The notes under the pieces were generated by a model, which searched no databases, had not been told where the DNA came from, and was given only the letters and a program-made list of their open reading frames with translations. The translations under genes and the position numbers were made by a program. Source: a bacterium (GTDB taxonomy: Bacteria; Hinthialibacterota; Hinthialibacteria; Hinthialibacterales; Hinthialibacteraceae). From it: a stretch of DNA of 64,000 bases. The stretch is from the NCBI GenBank assembly GCA_963663405.2, contig CAXXSM010000106.1:1-64000 (forward strand). Direction: 5' to 3'. This document shows positions 20,139-33,008 of this stretch, in pieces; the first letter of the stretch is position 1, and each line of letters opens with the position of its first letter.

Positions 20139-21717
20139 ATGGTCAAATCCGATCAAATCCAGGAGAAATTCGTTTCACCCGAACCTATTGTGCGCTTGGT
20201 CAAATGGTTCCCCGATTCATATCGCAACACAATAGCCGTGGCCCGTACCTGTTATTCCTCGAAGGGAATCGTGTTGGATGAAAACGTCACCGATAAAGGG
20301 GACAAACTAGCCGAAAGCATCTATCGCGCGGGACATCATACAACGCTCCAGCACGCGCATTACCAATTCACTCTTGATCGCGTATCGAGGCATTGCATCT
20401 GGTCGTTTCTTCATAGCCATCCGTTTTATAATTCCGAGCAGGTCAGCCAGCGGTACGTTGAAGTGCAACCAGGGAATACCGCTATCCCCCCATTGCGCGG
20501 CCGGCGCGCTGAATTTGTATCAGAAGACGGTGGCGTTTCAGATGGAGCAGTATCGTTCTTTATGTGAGAAAATTCTACCTATTGTAAAAGCAGGCTATAC
20601 CGAACGTTATCCCCACCGTTCACTCCAAGAGAAGAAATATCAAACGGATTGCAGGAAAATCGCGCAGGAGATCGCCCGATATATTCTCCCAGTCGCCACC
20701 TTTTCCTATCTCTATCATACGATCAATGGCGTCACACTGCTTCGTTATTACCGCTTATGCAAACAGTTCGACGCTCCTCTGGAACAATCCATCGTCACCG
20801 GAAAGATGGTGGAGGAATTACTGCGGGTGGAGCCCAAATATAAAGTAATTCTCGAAGAACCATTGGAACTAGACGAGATTCCCGAATGTAGATTTTTCGA
20901 AACGCATTACGATTCAGGAACGAACGTCAGACGTTTCATTGAAGAATTTGATGGCGGTTTGGAGGGAGGATCATCGAAATTGGTAGGCTACAAAACCGCG
21001 AACGAACGGATTTTAGCGGATTCTGTCCGTGAGGTGTTGGGATTGCCGACGCGTCTCTCTATCCGGATACAGAAGCGATTGAATATGCGTTAAATCCGGA
21101 GAAAAATACGTTGCTGGCGGAAGCGTTGAACTTGACTATGGTTTCAAAACTCTCCCGCTAGCCTCCTTGCATCCATCTTATACATTTAAGAAAAAGATCA
21201 GCCACACGGGCGGATTCGCAAGACCAGCGTCACCGCATGACTCCCGCCTCCCGTCCTATCCTTATGGCGTATCTCACCGAAGAACCGGATTTCATCACCC
21301 CCACCGCGATCAAACAAGACGAAGCGATCCAGAAGGAATACGTAGGAGACCGATGGAAAGGGTATGGGATGCGATTCAACAATTGAAATCGATGGGAGTC
21401 AAAGATGAATACGCCAATTATTTATTACCCAAACGCGGTCAGCGTCCGTTTTTACGGAATCTTCCGATCTGCCTCAATCTGCGTCATAAACACGCCATGC
21501 GGCTCTGTTACAACGCGCAGGAAGAAATCTGGCGCGCCCTCCTTGGAAGAGGCGCAACAGATCGCAGCGGTGAATCCAACGATCGGTCGCTTTCTTTCTA
21601 CCTCCTTGCTCTATACGAAAACTGGCGAAACGCCACCCCGTCTGCTCCGAAGGGCCACGATTCTGCGGCAAAAAAGTATGGACGTACAAACTGGAAGAAA
21701 TGAATCGGATTATATGA
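20139..21717 (+). CDS. thyX: FAD-dependent thymidylate synthase-like protein, tandem ThyX domains (several frameshifts)
   Basis: ARTCYS, GHHTTLQH, VSR...SEQVSQRYV, EIARYILP; second domain DSQDQRHRM, YLLPNA, RLCYNAQEEI; ends CSEGPRFCG...NRII* at 21717. Confidence 0.78.
21658..21717 (+). repeat. Copy 1 of a 60-bp direct repeat (thyX 3' end)
   Basis: 43/60 identical to 24072-24131, with exact core AAAGTATGGACGTA. Confidence 0.75.
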
Positions 21718-21901
21718 ACTGGTTATAAGAAATTCAAAATTAAAGGCGTATCCACAGTCCCACATTCTTACGGATTAACATTTCTTGAACTTTCTTCAAT
21801 TAAACAGCGAATCCAATTGACGCTTTCATTATATTGCTTTATATTCAAATTTCATGTCTATGGGTAGTCTTTTAAACCTATTAAGTAAAGGAGAAAGTGA
21901 T

Positions 21902-22934
21902 ATGGTGATTCGATTTTCATCCCTCTATGTTTGGTTCTGTCTTTCCTTGGTGTTGATCCCCGTTGCGTCAAGTCAAAGTATCCTTGATTTTGATTATGAC
22001 GCCGATGGCCCCTGGAACGATGAGACGTTAACGAATGTCACTGTCCCCGAAGACGCCAAATGGATCTATCGTGTTGGATGGTATACCCTCATCAGCGGAA
22101 TATGGTGGATTTGAGGCGATCGAAGCGATTCCGATGGAATCGGGTTGGCCGAATCCATGGCCGGGGACGCGGGAATGGGATGGCCAGGATGATTCCAGTT
22201 TTAAATTCTGGGTCGCCCATGACGACGATTTTATCTACTTTTGCTGTCGACGTAAAAGATGATGTGCTTAGTCAGGATTCCGAATCGTTTTGGCAAGATG
22301 ACACCGTGGAACTGATTATCGACGCCGGCAATTTGATTCCACCAGACACGGTAGGTTTTGATGAAGGATTAAACGGCAAATCATATGATTGGGGTTTTCA
22401 TACATGGTTCACATATAACGAATTGCTGCGGGATTTTGATCCGAATACAGGAGAGAAAGTCGTTGACACAAATTTCATGGGTTCCGGCGAATGGACTTTC
22501 GGTCCTGGTGGTGATCTGGAATCCAAGGGTACACAATCCGAAACCGGTTGGATGCTGGAAATGAAAATCGCCAAGTGGCTTCTTGAAGGGAAAGACCTTT
22601 CCATACCCCTGGTATGATAAAGAAGGGGAGACATATGACGTGGATTTAAATGCAATGCCGATTTCCTTTGTCATTGGAATCGACGATGATGACGCGAAAC
22701 CAAACGATTATGGTGGATTTGAAGTGCAGACATGGTGGCCGGTTACAAAGCGCGTGAGTGGCTGGACGCTGGAACAAGCGTACTTTTACGCCTCCGATGA
22801 GATTGAGGAAGGCATACACATCACTGATTTCGGTGGTTTCGTTTCCCGGAACCAATTTTAAACGGTGGCTCTCTCGGTATACTTCGGCCTGTCGTCTGAG
22901 ATTACTATCGGTTCCTTCGTGGGAAGTTTATTAA
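21902..22934 (+). CDS. Secreted CBM9/DOMON-like sugar-binding domain protein (frameshifted)
   Basis: AAGGAG RBS, signal peptide; IVLDG...EY, FWVAHDDDFIYF-AVDVKDD, WQDDTVELIID, WMLEMKI, IGIDDDD; ends SVPSWEVY*. Confidence 0.65.
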
Positions 22935-23049
22935 TGGGAGCCAGATTATCTAGAACGGCCAAAAAGGAATTTATACACAAGCAACGTTAACGCTCCAATC
23001 TGCCCAATCGACGCGGGCGCCTAACCAATGAAGAAATCCCGGATCGAGT

Positions 23050-23241
23050 TTAAAATCCCCCGATATGGAATCCTTCCAGAAAAATGATGATAACAGTTAT
23101 AAAGTAAATGAATCCGTAGAAAACGAGAGTAAAAAATAAAAGCCTTTCCGCGCATGACAGATATATGTTTTTTTTTCTTCTAATTCCGCTTTTAAAAAGT
23201 TTTTTTGTGAATTTGTCAAGTTTCTCGGATTCTTTCTGCAT
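23050..23241 (-). CDS. Small basic membrane protein
   Basis: 63 aa ORF with basic N-terminus and C-terminal TM; no family recognised. Confidence 0.35.
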   Translation of the reverse strand: MQKESEKLDKFTKKLFKSGIRRKKNIYLSCAERLLFFTLVFYGFIYFITVIIIFLEGFHIGGF

Positions 23242-23319
23242 TATCTTGTTCTCATGAATCTACATTCCACAATTCGTATTTATTCCGATTGCCTGCCGTT
23301 TTCGTAACACAGAGAAGAA

Positions 23320-23568
23320 TCAGGTGGTGGAATTAAGTCTTTTTGGAGTTGGCGTAATGAACGGCATGATGATCTCTTTGTATTTATCCTCTTTTTCATC
23401 TACGGAAGCGATTACTTTCCCTTCGCGCTTCTCGTTGATCGCCCATTGAAGAAAAACTCAGGGGCGTTATTGACGAGTTTCTTTTTTCGTGCGAATCCCC
23501 GTCAATCTCATCATCTCTTCCAATTCATCGAGATATTCTTCTGATAATTCAAATTGAATTCTTTTCAT
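23320..23568 (-). CDS. Ribbon-helix-helix (CopG-like) DNA-binding protein (frameshifted; absent from ORF track)
   Basis: Manual reading: MKRIQFELSEEYLDELEEMMRLTGIRTKKE/LVNNA/...QWAINEKREGKVIASVDEKEDKYKEIIMPF. Confidence 0.6.
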
Positions 23569-24071
23569 GGTTCTTTCTTTTCCATAGTGCAATCCATCTC
23601 GATCAAACGAGCGCACCTATGGTTCTCCATCTTTTTTCATGGTCATCATATTCGGCGATGATAAATTGCTTTATTATTAAATCTTCATGTCCCTATTCTC
23701 TCGATATCAGAAAGATCTTTTAATGAGTAAGATCCTTCCTCTTTATTCTCATTTTTTCTCTTTGGAATCAAGAAATTTCTGGGCCATGATCTCGAAACTC
23801 CCATTAAAAAAACGTTAACTCATCAGTAGCAACCATTTTCATTTTACTTCTCCTTGTTTTTTCAAAAAACTCCGCGCTCCTCAAAAAACCATAACTTGAA
23901 TTCATAACATTGGAATAAAGTCATATTAATTATAATTACCATCATTGTAAGCTCATTAAATGAGTAAATCAAGAGTTTTTTTTTTTTGATATTTAATAAT
24001 CATGAAGTGATTCTTTTATGAGTATATTATAGTATCCATTCTTGATTTTATGATATATCCCGGTAGAAAAA

Positions 24072-24131
24072 CAATTCTGTAGGGAGAAAGTATGGACGTA
24101 TCAACTGGAAGGATTAAATCGATTGATCTAG
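24072..24131 (+). repeat. Copy 2 of thyX 3'-end repeat (orphan fragment QFCREKVWTYQLEGLNRLI*)
   Basis: Codon-for-codon alignment to the last 20 codons of thyX, including stop position. Confidence 0.75.
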
Positions 24132-24171
24132 AATAGATTCCAATTTTCATAAAAAAGGATAGATTTAAACC

Positions 24172-24670
24172 ATGAAAAAGTATCTCCCCACTTCCTTACC
24201 CTTAATCCTCATCTGCGCTTTGTTCTTTCTTATTTACGAACGAAGCACTCCGGATTCGCAGTCAAAAGCCATTTCGAAGAATCAACACCAAGTCATCTTA
24301 TCTAAAGACGCCCCCGCTCCGATTGGACCTTATTCACAGGCGATTCTTGTTGGAAACACTCTTTATCTCGCAGGGCAGATCGCGATCGATTCTTCAACGG
24401 GACAAATGGCCGCGGGGGGGATTCAGGATCAAAACCGTGCAAGTCATGAAAAAACCTTCAAGCCGTTTTAATGACGGCGGGATTCTCCTTCAAAGACGTA
24501 GGTTTTAACACAGGTTTTTCTCAGTGATTTGGATCATTACGGCGCGATGAATGAAATTTATAAAAACATATTTTGACGAAGCGCCTCCCGCCCGCGCTGT
24601 CGTTGAAGCTGCGCGGATTCCGAAAGACGCGCTGGTGGAAATCATGATGACAGCGGTGAAATGTGAGTGA
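24172..24670 (+). CDS. ridA: RidA/YjgF family protein with N-terminal signal/TM (frameshifted)
   Basis: APAPIGPYSQA...LYLAGQI, VFLSDL...MNEIY, PPARAVVE, LVEI; stop at 24668-24670. Confidence 0.8.
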
Positions 24671-24709
24671 TTTCCTTTTCATCACTATGATCGTAAGATA
24701 GTATTTCTA

Positions 24710-26273
24710 TCACGATTCTTTATCGATTGTATTCTCAACCGGCGCACGGCCATAGATTTCCGTCATTTTCTTCAAGCGTTGGCTGATGGAATCAGTCATA
24801 CTCGCCTTATCACACTGCCATTGCCAATTTCCATGCTCTCGGCCGGGAAGGTTCATTCTCGCTTCACCTCCTAGACCCAAAATATCCTGCATGGGAAAGA
24901 CAACCGTATCGGCCACAGAAGCCATCAAAGCGCGAATGAATTGCCAGTGGATATCTCTATCTTCAATTGAGAGATAATCCCGCGCATACGCTTTTTTCTC
25001 TCTCTACCTCTTCTTTTGTTCGTGTGCTGTCCTTATCACCCGCGCTTCGCCACCAACCGAGCAGTGTATCGTTGTCATGAGTTTCCGGTATACGCCGCTG
25101 TGTCGCGGGTATAATTATGCGGCAGATCACCACATTCCGCGTCCGCCCCGAATCCGAATTGAAGAATCACCATACCAGGAAGATTGTAGCGTTCCCGCAA
25201 GGCTTCTACCTTCGGCGTGATGACTCCTAAATTCTCGGCGATAACCGGTAGTTTACCAAGCGCGTTTTCTAATGCGTCAAATAATGCTCCGCCGGGTCCC
25301 TTTACCCACTGACCATTTACGGCGGTCGATTCGGATGCTGGAACTTCCCAATACGCCTCAAATCCCCGGAAATGATCGAGCCGGACGATATCCACTTGCG
25401 TAAGAATCTGCCGGAATCTATCGATCCACCATTGATAACCGCTCTTCGCGAACCGATCCCATCGGTAGATGGGATTTCCCCACAGCTGCCCGGTTTCGCT
25501 GAAATAATCCGGCGGCACACCTGCAACTACAGTAGGATCGCCTTTTTCATCCAAATAAAACATGCCGGGATTGGCCCACACATCGCAACTGTCATGCGCA
25601 ACGTAGATGGGAATATCGCCGATGATCTTGATTCCCCGTTCCTGACAATATTCCTTCACAGCGCGCCATTGTGTGAAAAAGAGATACTGCCAGAATTTGC
25701 GCGCTTCAATTTCATGACTTAACTTTTTCCTCCAACCGGAGACCGCGTCAGGAGAACGCAGGGCGATCTCTGGATCCCACTTTGTCCAGACCGCTCCCCC
25801 ATGCGCCTCTTTCAATGATACGAACAGAGCGAAATCATCTAACCACCATGCGTTCTCTTTACAAAACGCCTCCACGTTCTCATGTAATGTGGATGGGATA
25901 TTTTTCTTGAAAGTGTCAAACGCTTTTTGAAGCAACGGAAAATTTATATTCAATTACACGCCCATAATCTATCTTTGTTTCGGGCAATGAAGAAACATCT
26001 GGCAGGTCCGACGGCGCCAGCAATCCCTCTTCTACTAATTTCTGCAAATCGATTAAGAGGGGATTCCCGGCGAAGGCGGAGAAACTCTGATAGGGGGAAT
26101 CCCCATATCCTGTGGGCCCCAATGGTAAAACCTGCCATAACCGCTGCCTTGAATCGAAAAGGAAATCGATGAATCGGAACGCCGCTTGTCCCAATTCGCC
26201 GATTCCATATTGCCCCTGGCAACGATGTTGGATGTAAAAGAATCCCACTCGATCGAGGAAATTTCATAGCCAT
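24710..26273 (-). CDS. malQ: 4-alpha-glucanotransferase (amylomaltase, GH77), frameshifted
   Basis: RSSGILLHPTSLPG, WQVLPLGPTGYGDSPY, GVPPDYFSETGQLWGNP, RLDHFRG, AENLG, ARMNLPG...NWQW. Confidence 0.93.
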
Positions 26274-26356
26274 TGGCTCCTGTTTTCAATCTCAAAAGAA
26301 TATTTGAACATAATATCATACTGGTTTAAACTTTTCGTTGGAGTAGAAAATGTTTT

Positions 26357-28446
26357 TTATTTTTCCTGCGTCATGAAACGCCACTCCATATCGGTATACC
26401 CGCTTTTATAGGAACCATCAATATTTGATATGACGCCTGTTAATTGACCATTATCGTCACGGTACGCGGAGAGTTTTATCCAACAATATTCGCCCCGTTC
26501 ATAGTTAAACGTTTTCACCGTCATCGTCGTACAATACCGTCTGCGATGGTAAGGCGCCGTAATGCCGAATTTCCAACGCAATGGGACATCTCATCAATGC
26601 AATCGGCTCCACTTCTTTTAACAATGGAATAATGGCGCCTTCACGGACATATAGCGGGATACGATCCAATGAAGGTTGTACAGTAATCACTTCACCATTT
26701 CCTACATAATCGCCAGTGTAAAAATCATACCATTTTCCATGAGGTAGAATCACTGTTCTTGCTGTTTCTCCGACGAATAGTGGCGCGACTAAAAGACTTT
26801 TGCCAAACATGTATTGATCGGTTACATCTTCCCGGATGGCTTCGGCGTAAGGATTATCCACGTCATCCAATTTCTGGTTTTCGGAGCGTTCACTATCGGT
26901 ATAATCCGGTTCCAATACCATTGAACGGATTGGAGGTATACCTTCAAAATGGTAGTGAGCGAAGGCTGTGTAGATATAGGGCAGCAAACGTATGCGCAGA
27001 TTGATTGTATCCCGAACACGATCTTCGACTTCCGGAAACGACCAAGGTTTTGTATTGGAAAACCAGCCGTTCAATTGTACTAAATGTGAGAAACAAACGG
27101 ATTGCATCCGGCGCACCCATTCCTCGCCTGACTGCGCCGAACGAATTTCTGGCGTATACAACAATCCACAAAATCCGCTATTCACTACCGCCGTGATAAA
27201 ACCTCGATGATCGTAATGGTCTGTATAAATAGCGAAGGGATACGCGGAAGACGCCGCGTTGTTCGCTCGAATCAGTGAATAGGTTCGCTGGTTACGGCTG
27301 CGAAATACATCCATCATCATCTTTTGAATTTGTAATGCGTATGTCTGACGCATCTGTTCGCCGCTTGTCCCTGAAGGGAAAACAGCGTGATCAGGCCAAA
27401 GCCAGCGATCGTATCCGTCAACTTCATCGAACTTGTAACCGCTGACACCCATATTTAGGTGACATTCTTTGTGTTGTTTGGTAAAGATATCCCGCGCTTG
27501 GCTCATCATGAAATCGGGAACAAGACCCAACCAGACCATATGAGATCCGGTGTAGGGTTTTATCGCTTTGTAGAAACTCGCATTGGGTGAGATATATGGA
27601 TTCTCCCACAGATTGATTTGAATCCCTCGCTCTTTCATTTTGTTAAGAAAATCCTGAGGATTAGGAAAACGGGAAGGACTCCATTCAAAAGAGCATGGAT
27701 AGGATTTGCTATGCCAGCCTGGTTCCAGACCGATTACATCGAGAGGAAATCCACGGCGTTTGAATTCGTCCGCTTCCGCGATAACCTCTTTGTCACTTGC
27801 CAAGGAACGCATCCGATGCCAGAAACCCAAACCCCATTTTGGGGGGAGCACTCCACCACCACAATACAGATTGAATCGCCTAACAACATCTAACATACTA
27901 GGCGCGGCGAAAACAATGATCTCCATACCGTTCCCATAAACACTCGCTTCCACGCTATCGGAAAGAGGCTGCGCCTGCCAATTCCGGTCTGTATTCCGGT
28001 CACGGATCTTTGGCAGATTGGGAGAATCTTTTCGATTGCCGATACCGGCGTAAATATCGATATACCGGGGAGAATTGAACAAGACACCATATCCCGCTGA
28101 AGAAATATAAAAGGGAGTTGGAGCATGTAAGCGTTCGTTTCCACGGCTGTAGTGGTCCGTACGCAGGTGATACACTTTTCCCCGTCTATTCAAACCTTGA
28201 AACTGGAGTCCGAGACCATATAGTTTTTCATCCGGTTTAAGGGGAATCCGAACAATGGTTCGTCCTCCATAAACGAGGCCACAAACTGTGGATGGATCGA
28301 ATGGGAAATCAGAGGGAGCTATTGCCTTTAATGGGTCCATCTGGGGAGGCGCTCCTGCAAAATCAAGGTATGTCGTTTTCCTCATGGTCTCCTATAACCG
28401 CGGCCCAAACGCCAGGCGCCTGTTTTTCCCATTGGAGTTGTTTCAT
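26357..28446 (-). CDS. Glycoside hydrolase family 31 (alpha-glucosidase/xylosidase-like), frameshifted near both ends
   Basis: YGLGLQF, LPPKWGLGFW, GYKFDEVD, LLPYIYT, DQYMFGKSLLVAP, LPHGKWYDF, IPLYVREGAIIP, LYDDDG. Confidence 0.88.
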
Positions 28447-28768
28447 CCCTTCTAACGTAACATCAAACGCGGAAGCGAATTGGTTTATCATTAGTATGAG
28501 AAGAATTGAACAAATTTGATAAATCTGTAATCGGTGAATCATAATAATCCTTCATAAACTAGAATTGTTGTCGAACTATTTTAGGTTATCTTGGACATGT
28601 TTCGAAGTAATAGCGTATCATCATTCTTTAGATGAAGAGAATATTATTTTTGTTATAACTCTTGGTGGGAGTGTTTTGTTATATGGCACAGTGACCCAAA
28701 GGCTCCTGCTAGACGCGACTCAATATATGTGGAATCATTTGAGAAAACGTGTATGCTATACAAAAAAA

Positions 28769-31700
28769 ATGACAAAATCGATCTTAATTGAAAAGCATAA
28801 TTATAGTTTCTTCTGGCAATCTTTTTTATTGTTTTGCTTGCGCTTGATCTTCTGTTGGAACAATCATTCCTATGCGGATCCGAGTCCTTCCCAAATCCCT
28901 CTTTTTTCTTCCACTGTATCCACATCATCCAATCAATCGATCACAAATAAGGGAACGATCAATCGTTCCGGAACGGATGATTACGAACCAATCCAGGAGA
29001 GGCGGCGGCTTCCCGGAAAACTAGGTATTTTTAGCGCAACGGCCGATTGGGGAGCGCCAGAATTCCCACCTTTGCAAGAAGAGTTCAAAGCGCCAGGCCG
29101 AGTGGAGATTTCGGGACCAATTGAGAATCCAGTTTACGACTTGTATGGAAACGGAGACGAACTATGGATGACCAATGATGAAGCCTTTTATCTTTATACA
29201 GAGAAAACTGGATCGTGGAGCCTTTCCGGTAAACTCCAGTGGTGTTCCCCTGGCGGGGGGGATGTGTGGGCGAAAGTCGCTCTCATGATCCGCGATGAAG
29301 GGGAAGCGCCGGATTCAAAATATTATTCTCTTATGCTTTGTTCTGGTTTAAAAGAACCATACGGTGATTATATGAGTATACAAAAGCGGACTGAAAAAAG
29401 GCCGTTATACGGACTCTTTCGATAAAGAAAGGATCGTGAGAAATAGCAGTCTTTTCGTTCCATCTCCCAGCGATGGCGTCTACTTCCGTATCACGAGAAT
29501 CACGCCAGAAAATCTGTTTTATTCTGAGTTTTCGTTTGATGGAGTGAAATGGATCTTTCTACATTGGACACGGATTGAAATGAAAAAAACTGTGTCTTAT
29601 GGAGTCGTATTAAATAATTACGCAGATAATGAGCTTCTCGCCCATGCGCGGGTAACGGATATGGCGTTGGAACCGGCGCCTCCAATTGCCATGCGGCATT
29701 TCTCTGACCATCAATATACATCTGGGAATCCGGTTCAGGTTCAATTGACTTTGACCAATCCGCTGGAACAAATGGAGAATGTGACGATTACCGAAAGACC
29801 GCCCAATGGTTGGACCGTCAGCGCGATCCATCCTGAAGGAGTACAGACTGATGGGACAATCATTTGGAGCCGGAAAATTGAACCGGGAACAGCAGTCTTG
29901 ACATACGACGCCTATCCCCCGCTAGAGAGTTCAAGTGAAGTGGCAATGTTTCGAGGCGCTGTCAACTCCCAACAGATCATGGGTGAAATGGAACTCCCAC
30001 CATTGCTGACAAATAGTGGATTCCCTCCTGCTGGGCAATGGCGCTTTTGGACCGCGTCGGATAATCTATTCAATTCTTGTTGTTATCGAGTTTCAGTAAG
30101 TGAAAATGGCACAGTTTGGAGTACTCACTCAATTCAAGGAATCACAAGGCACTATCCCCTTGATAATGTCAGCCGGTTGGACGGTTATCATGTAAAAATC
30201 TTTGAAGAGGCCGCGCGAAATACTCCGATCTATGAAAACCGGTTTGGGCAAATCTGGTCTCTTACTTTGGGTGGGGGCAGCTATCTTGGTTTGCAGCGAT
30301 ACGAACCGGTTAGCGGTGAATGGACCAAATGGGAAATCGAGGAAATCAAGGCGACAAGAATACCGACAGGCGTTCCTGAGCGTGTTAATATTTCGCTTCT
30401 TTCACTGACTCCCGATCGTTTACTTTTCCTTCTTCCCGATCGTCTGATGGAATTTAACACGACGATTGAACAGGCAAGATCGATCAGGGGAGTAAAGGAT
30501 ACAAATTTGGGCAGCTTCAGGGATATGTGTATCGCCAGAGATGGTGGAATTTGGATTACAGGTTTAAACGGTCTTGCAAAACTACAAAGTGAACTAGGAT
30601 TGGAAGGTTCTCTCTCCGAATACACTGAATATCTTTTTTGAGAGGGATGATGGATTTCGCAATCTTTTATACCCCTATGAAGACGAAAAGGGAACTTTTT
30701 GGGGAGTTGTAAACGCGCTCGGAAATCCAAGAGAATGCTTGGTGTGTTTTGATAAAAAATGTTGGAAAATGCTCTATTCACTCCAAAATTATCCTATTGA
30801 TAAAAGATTGTTAAGATTGATAGGATATCCCAGTCAAAACGAGAGTTTTTGGATTGCAGGTATCTCCTCAATTTATCATATTGAAGGACTCCATGAGGAA
30901 TTTGTATCTAAGAATGTTATCATTCCCGATAGTGTTTGGGATGTCGCTATGGAGCCAAGTGGTGTTCTTTGGCTCGCTACCGCGCAAGGACTCGCGCGGC
31001 ATTCACCGGTTCCTTGGAGAATCCCCATAGGAATTCCTCGAATCAATCAAGTCTGCCATTCGATCATTGAAGACCAAAATGGACGTCTCTGGTTTGCTTG
31101 TGTGGATACACTCAATTGTTTTGAATCAGGGCAATGGAAAACCTATGTCCTGCCTCGCAGGCTGTTTGAATCCGACACCAATTCACTGTGTGTATTGCCG
31201 GATGGCCGAATCGCGATCCGGCCCACAACCGATTCATTATTTGTTTTCAATCCAGAGATTGAAAGCGTCGAGTATATCCAACGCCCTGCGAGTCATCATA
31301 TTGAACTAATCGCCCAACGTAAAAATGGAGGGATTTTACTCGATTCGTACGGCTCAGCTATCGCCCGGTTGGAATCCTACGATGGAGAACGCTTCGAAAC
31401 GGTTTTGGAGAGAGAAACAAAATGGGCGAGCGGTTATTCCCGGTATATGATTGAAGCGAAGGATGGGACGATTTGGATGGCTGGTGAAGATAAACATGGA
31501 TTGGCCCGAATTCAAAATGGACAATACCAATTACTCGGTCCAGAAGAGAATTATCCAGGTGGTGACGCGTTTTGTATTCTTGAAAAGGACGACGGAAAAA
31601 TCTGGATTGGTGGACGGGATTCAATCCTCGAATATCGTGACAATAAATATACTGTTGTTCGTTCTGGATTTGGGATTGTACAGTCGATGATCCAATCACG

Positions 31701-32997
31701 AAACGGCGATGTTTGGATCGCTTCCGAAACAGGACTTCATCGATTCCGCAACGGATCGTGGGTCACTCATACGGAGGAAGATGGGCTCCCCACCAGGATG
31801 GTGAATGAAGTGTTTGAAGATAGTCAAAGTAGAATTTGGATCGGGACCAGCCAGGGCATCCGACAGTATGACCCAAAGACAGATATGGATCCACCGATCG
31901 CTTTTCTTGATCCGAAGAATCCAGAAGAGATCTCTTCCAAAGGGGATGCGCAATTTTTCTTCTCCGGGATCGATAAATGGAAATTTACAGAAAGCCATCG
32001 CCTGTTGTATTCCTACCAGATCGATGAAGGTAATTGGACTCCTTATGTGAGTGGTACGGTCGCTTCGATCACAGGACTAACACCAGGAAATCATGTTCTT
32101 CACTATCGTGTAATGGATCGGAACTGGAATGAATCCGAACCTGTTTCATGTAACTTTCGAGTTGCACAGATTTGGTATAAAGAACGGAAGTTCCTGATTA
32201 TTATTTCTATCTCTACAGTGATAATTCTCGGTTTGCTTGGAATGCATCTCTATAATTATTTCCAATTAGAAAATCTCGTCAGAGTGCGCACGTCTTCTCT
32301 GTCCGCCGCCAACAAAGAACTTGTCACTCATCAAACACAATTACAAAACTTGACGTCCGAGCTCTCATTAATCGAAGAACGGGAGCGAAGAGGATTGGCT
32401 TCGGATTTGCATGATAGTGTGAGTCAATCCATATCACTATCGATTATGGAACTATCGGATATTGGGGAATCGAACTCGATGGATGATGTTAGAGAAAAAG
32501 CGGCGGGTATCAGTGACAGACTTGAACAATCACTTCATGCGACTCAAAATATGACATTCGAACTGTGTCCTCCTGAATTGTATCAAATTGGATTGGACGC
32601 GGCGATCCGGGAATTGGCCGCGCAACTGCGAAAGCAGAATGGAATCGATTATGTCATAAAGGATGATCGACATCCAACAGAACTGTCCGAAGATCTCCGG
32701 TATTTTTTATTCCGCGCGACTCGGGAGTTGTTAATCAATATTACGAAACACGCCAGCGCCAAACGAGTGTGGATCCAATTAAACTCGATTGATGATACGT
32801 TTACCATTCAAGTGCGGGATGATGGGATTGGTTTCAATCCGAAAACAATCCAACATGATTCAATGCGCCAAGGTGGATTTGGATTGTTCAGCCTTCGGGA
32901 ACGTTTGACGCAGCTGGGAGGTTCATTGACGATTGAATCAAAGTCAGGTGAAGGCTCGGAGATTACGATTACCATTCCATTAACAAGAGTGTCGTAA
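28769..32997 (+). CDS. Very large sensor histidine kinase: extracellular beta-sandwich domains + two-component regulator propeller + Y_Y_Y + TM + HisKA_3/HATPase (split by frameshifts at ~29.4 and ~30.64 kb)
   Basis: Three consecutive ORFs; EDxxGxxWxG propeller repeats, YSYQID..W (Y_Y_Y), EERERRGLASDLHDSVSQ, ELLINITKHA, DDGIGF, GFGLFSLRER. Confidence 0.85.
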
Positions 32998-33008
32998 GGA
33001 AATACAAC

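Noticed and set aside
20139-30750. Programmed frameshifting or true pseudogenisation of thyX, malQ, GH31 and the kinase
   Set aside because: There are too many scattered indels in otherwise intact genes; consensus error is the simpler explanation.
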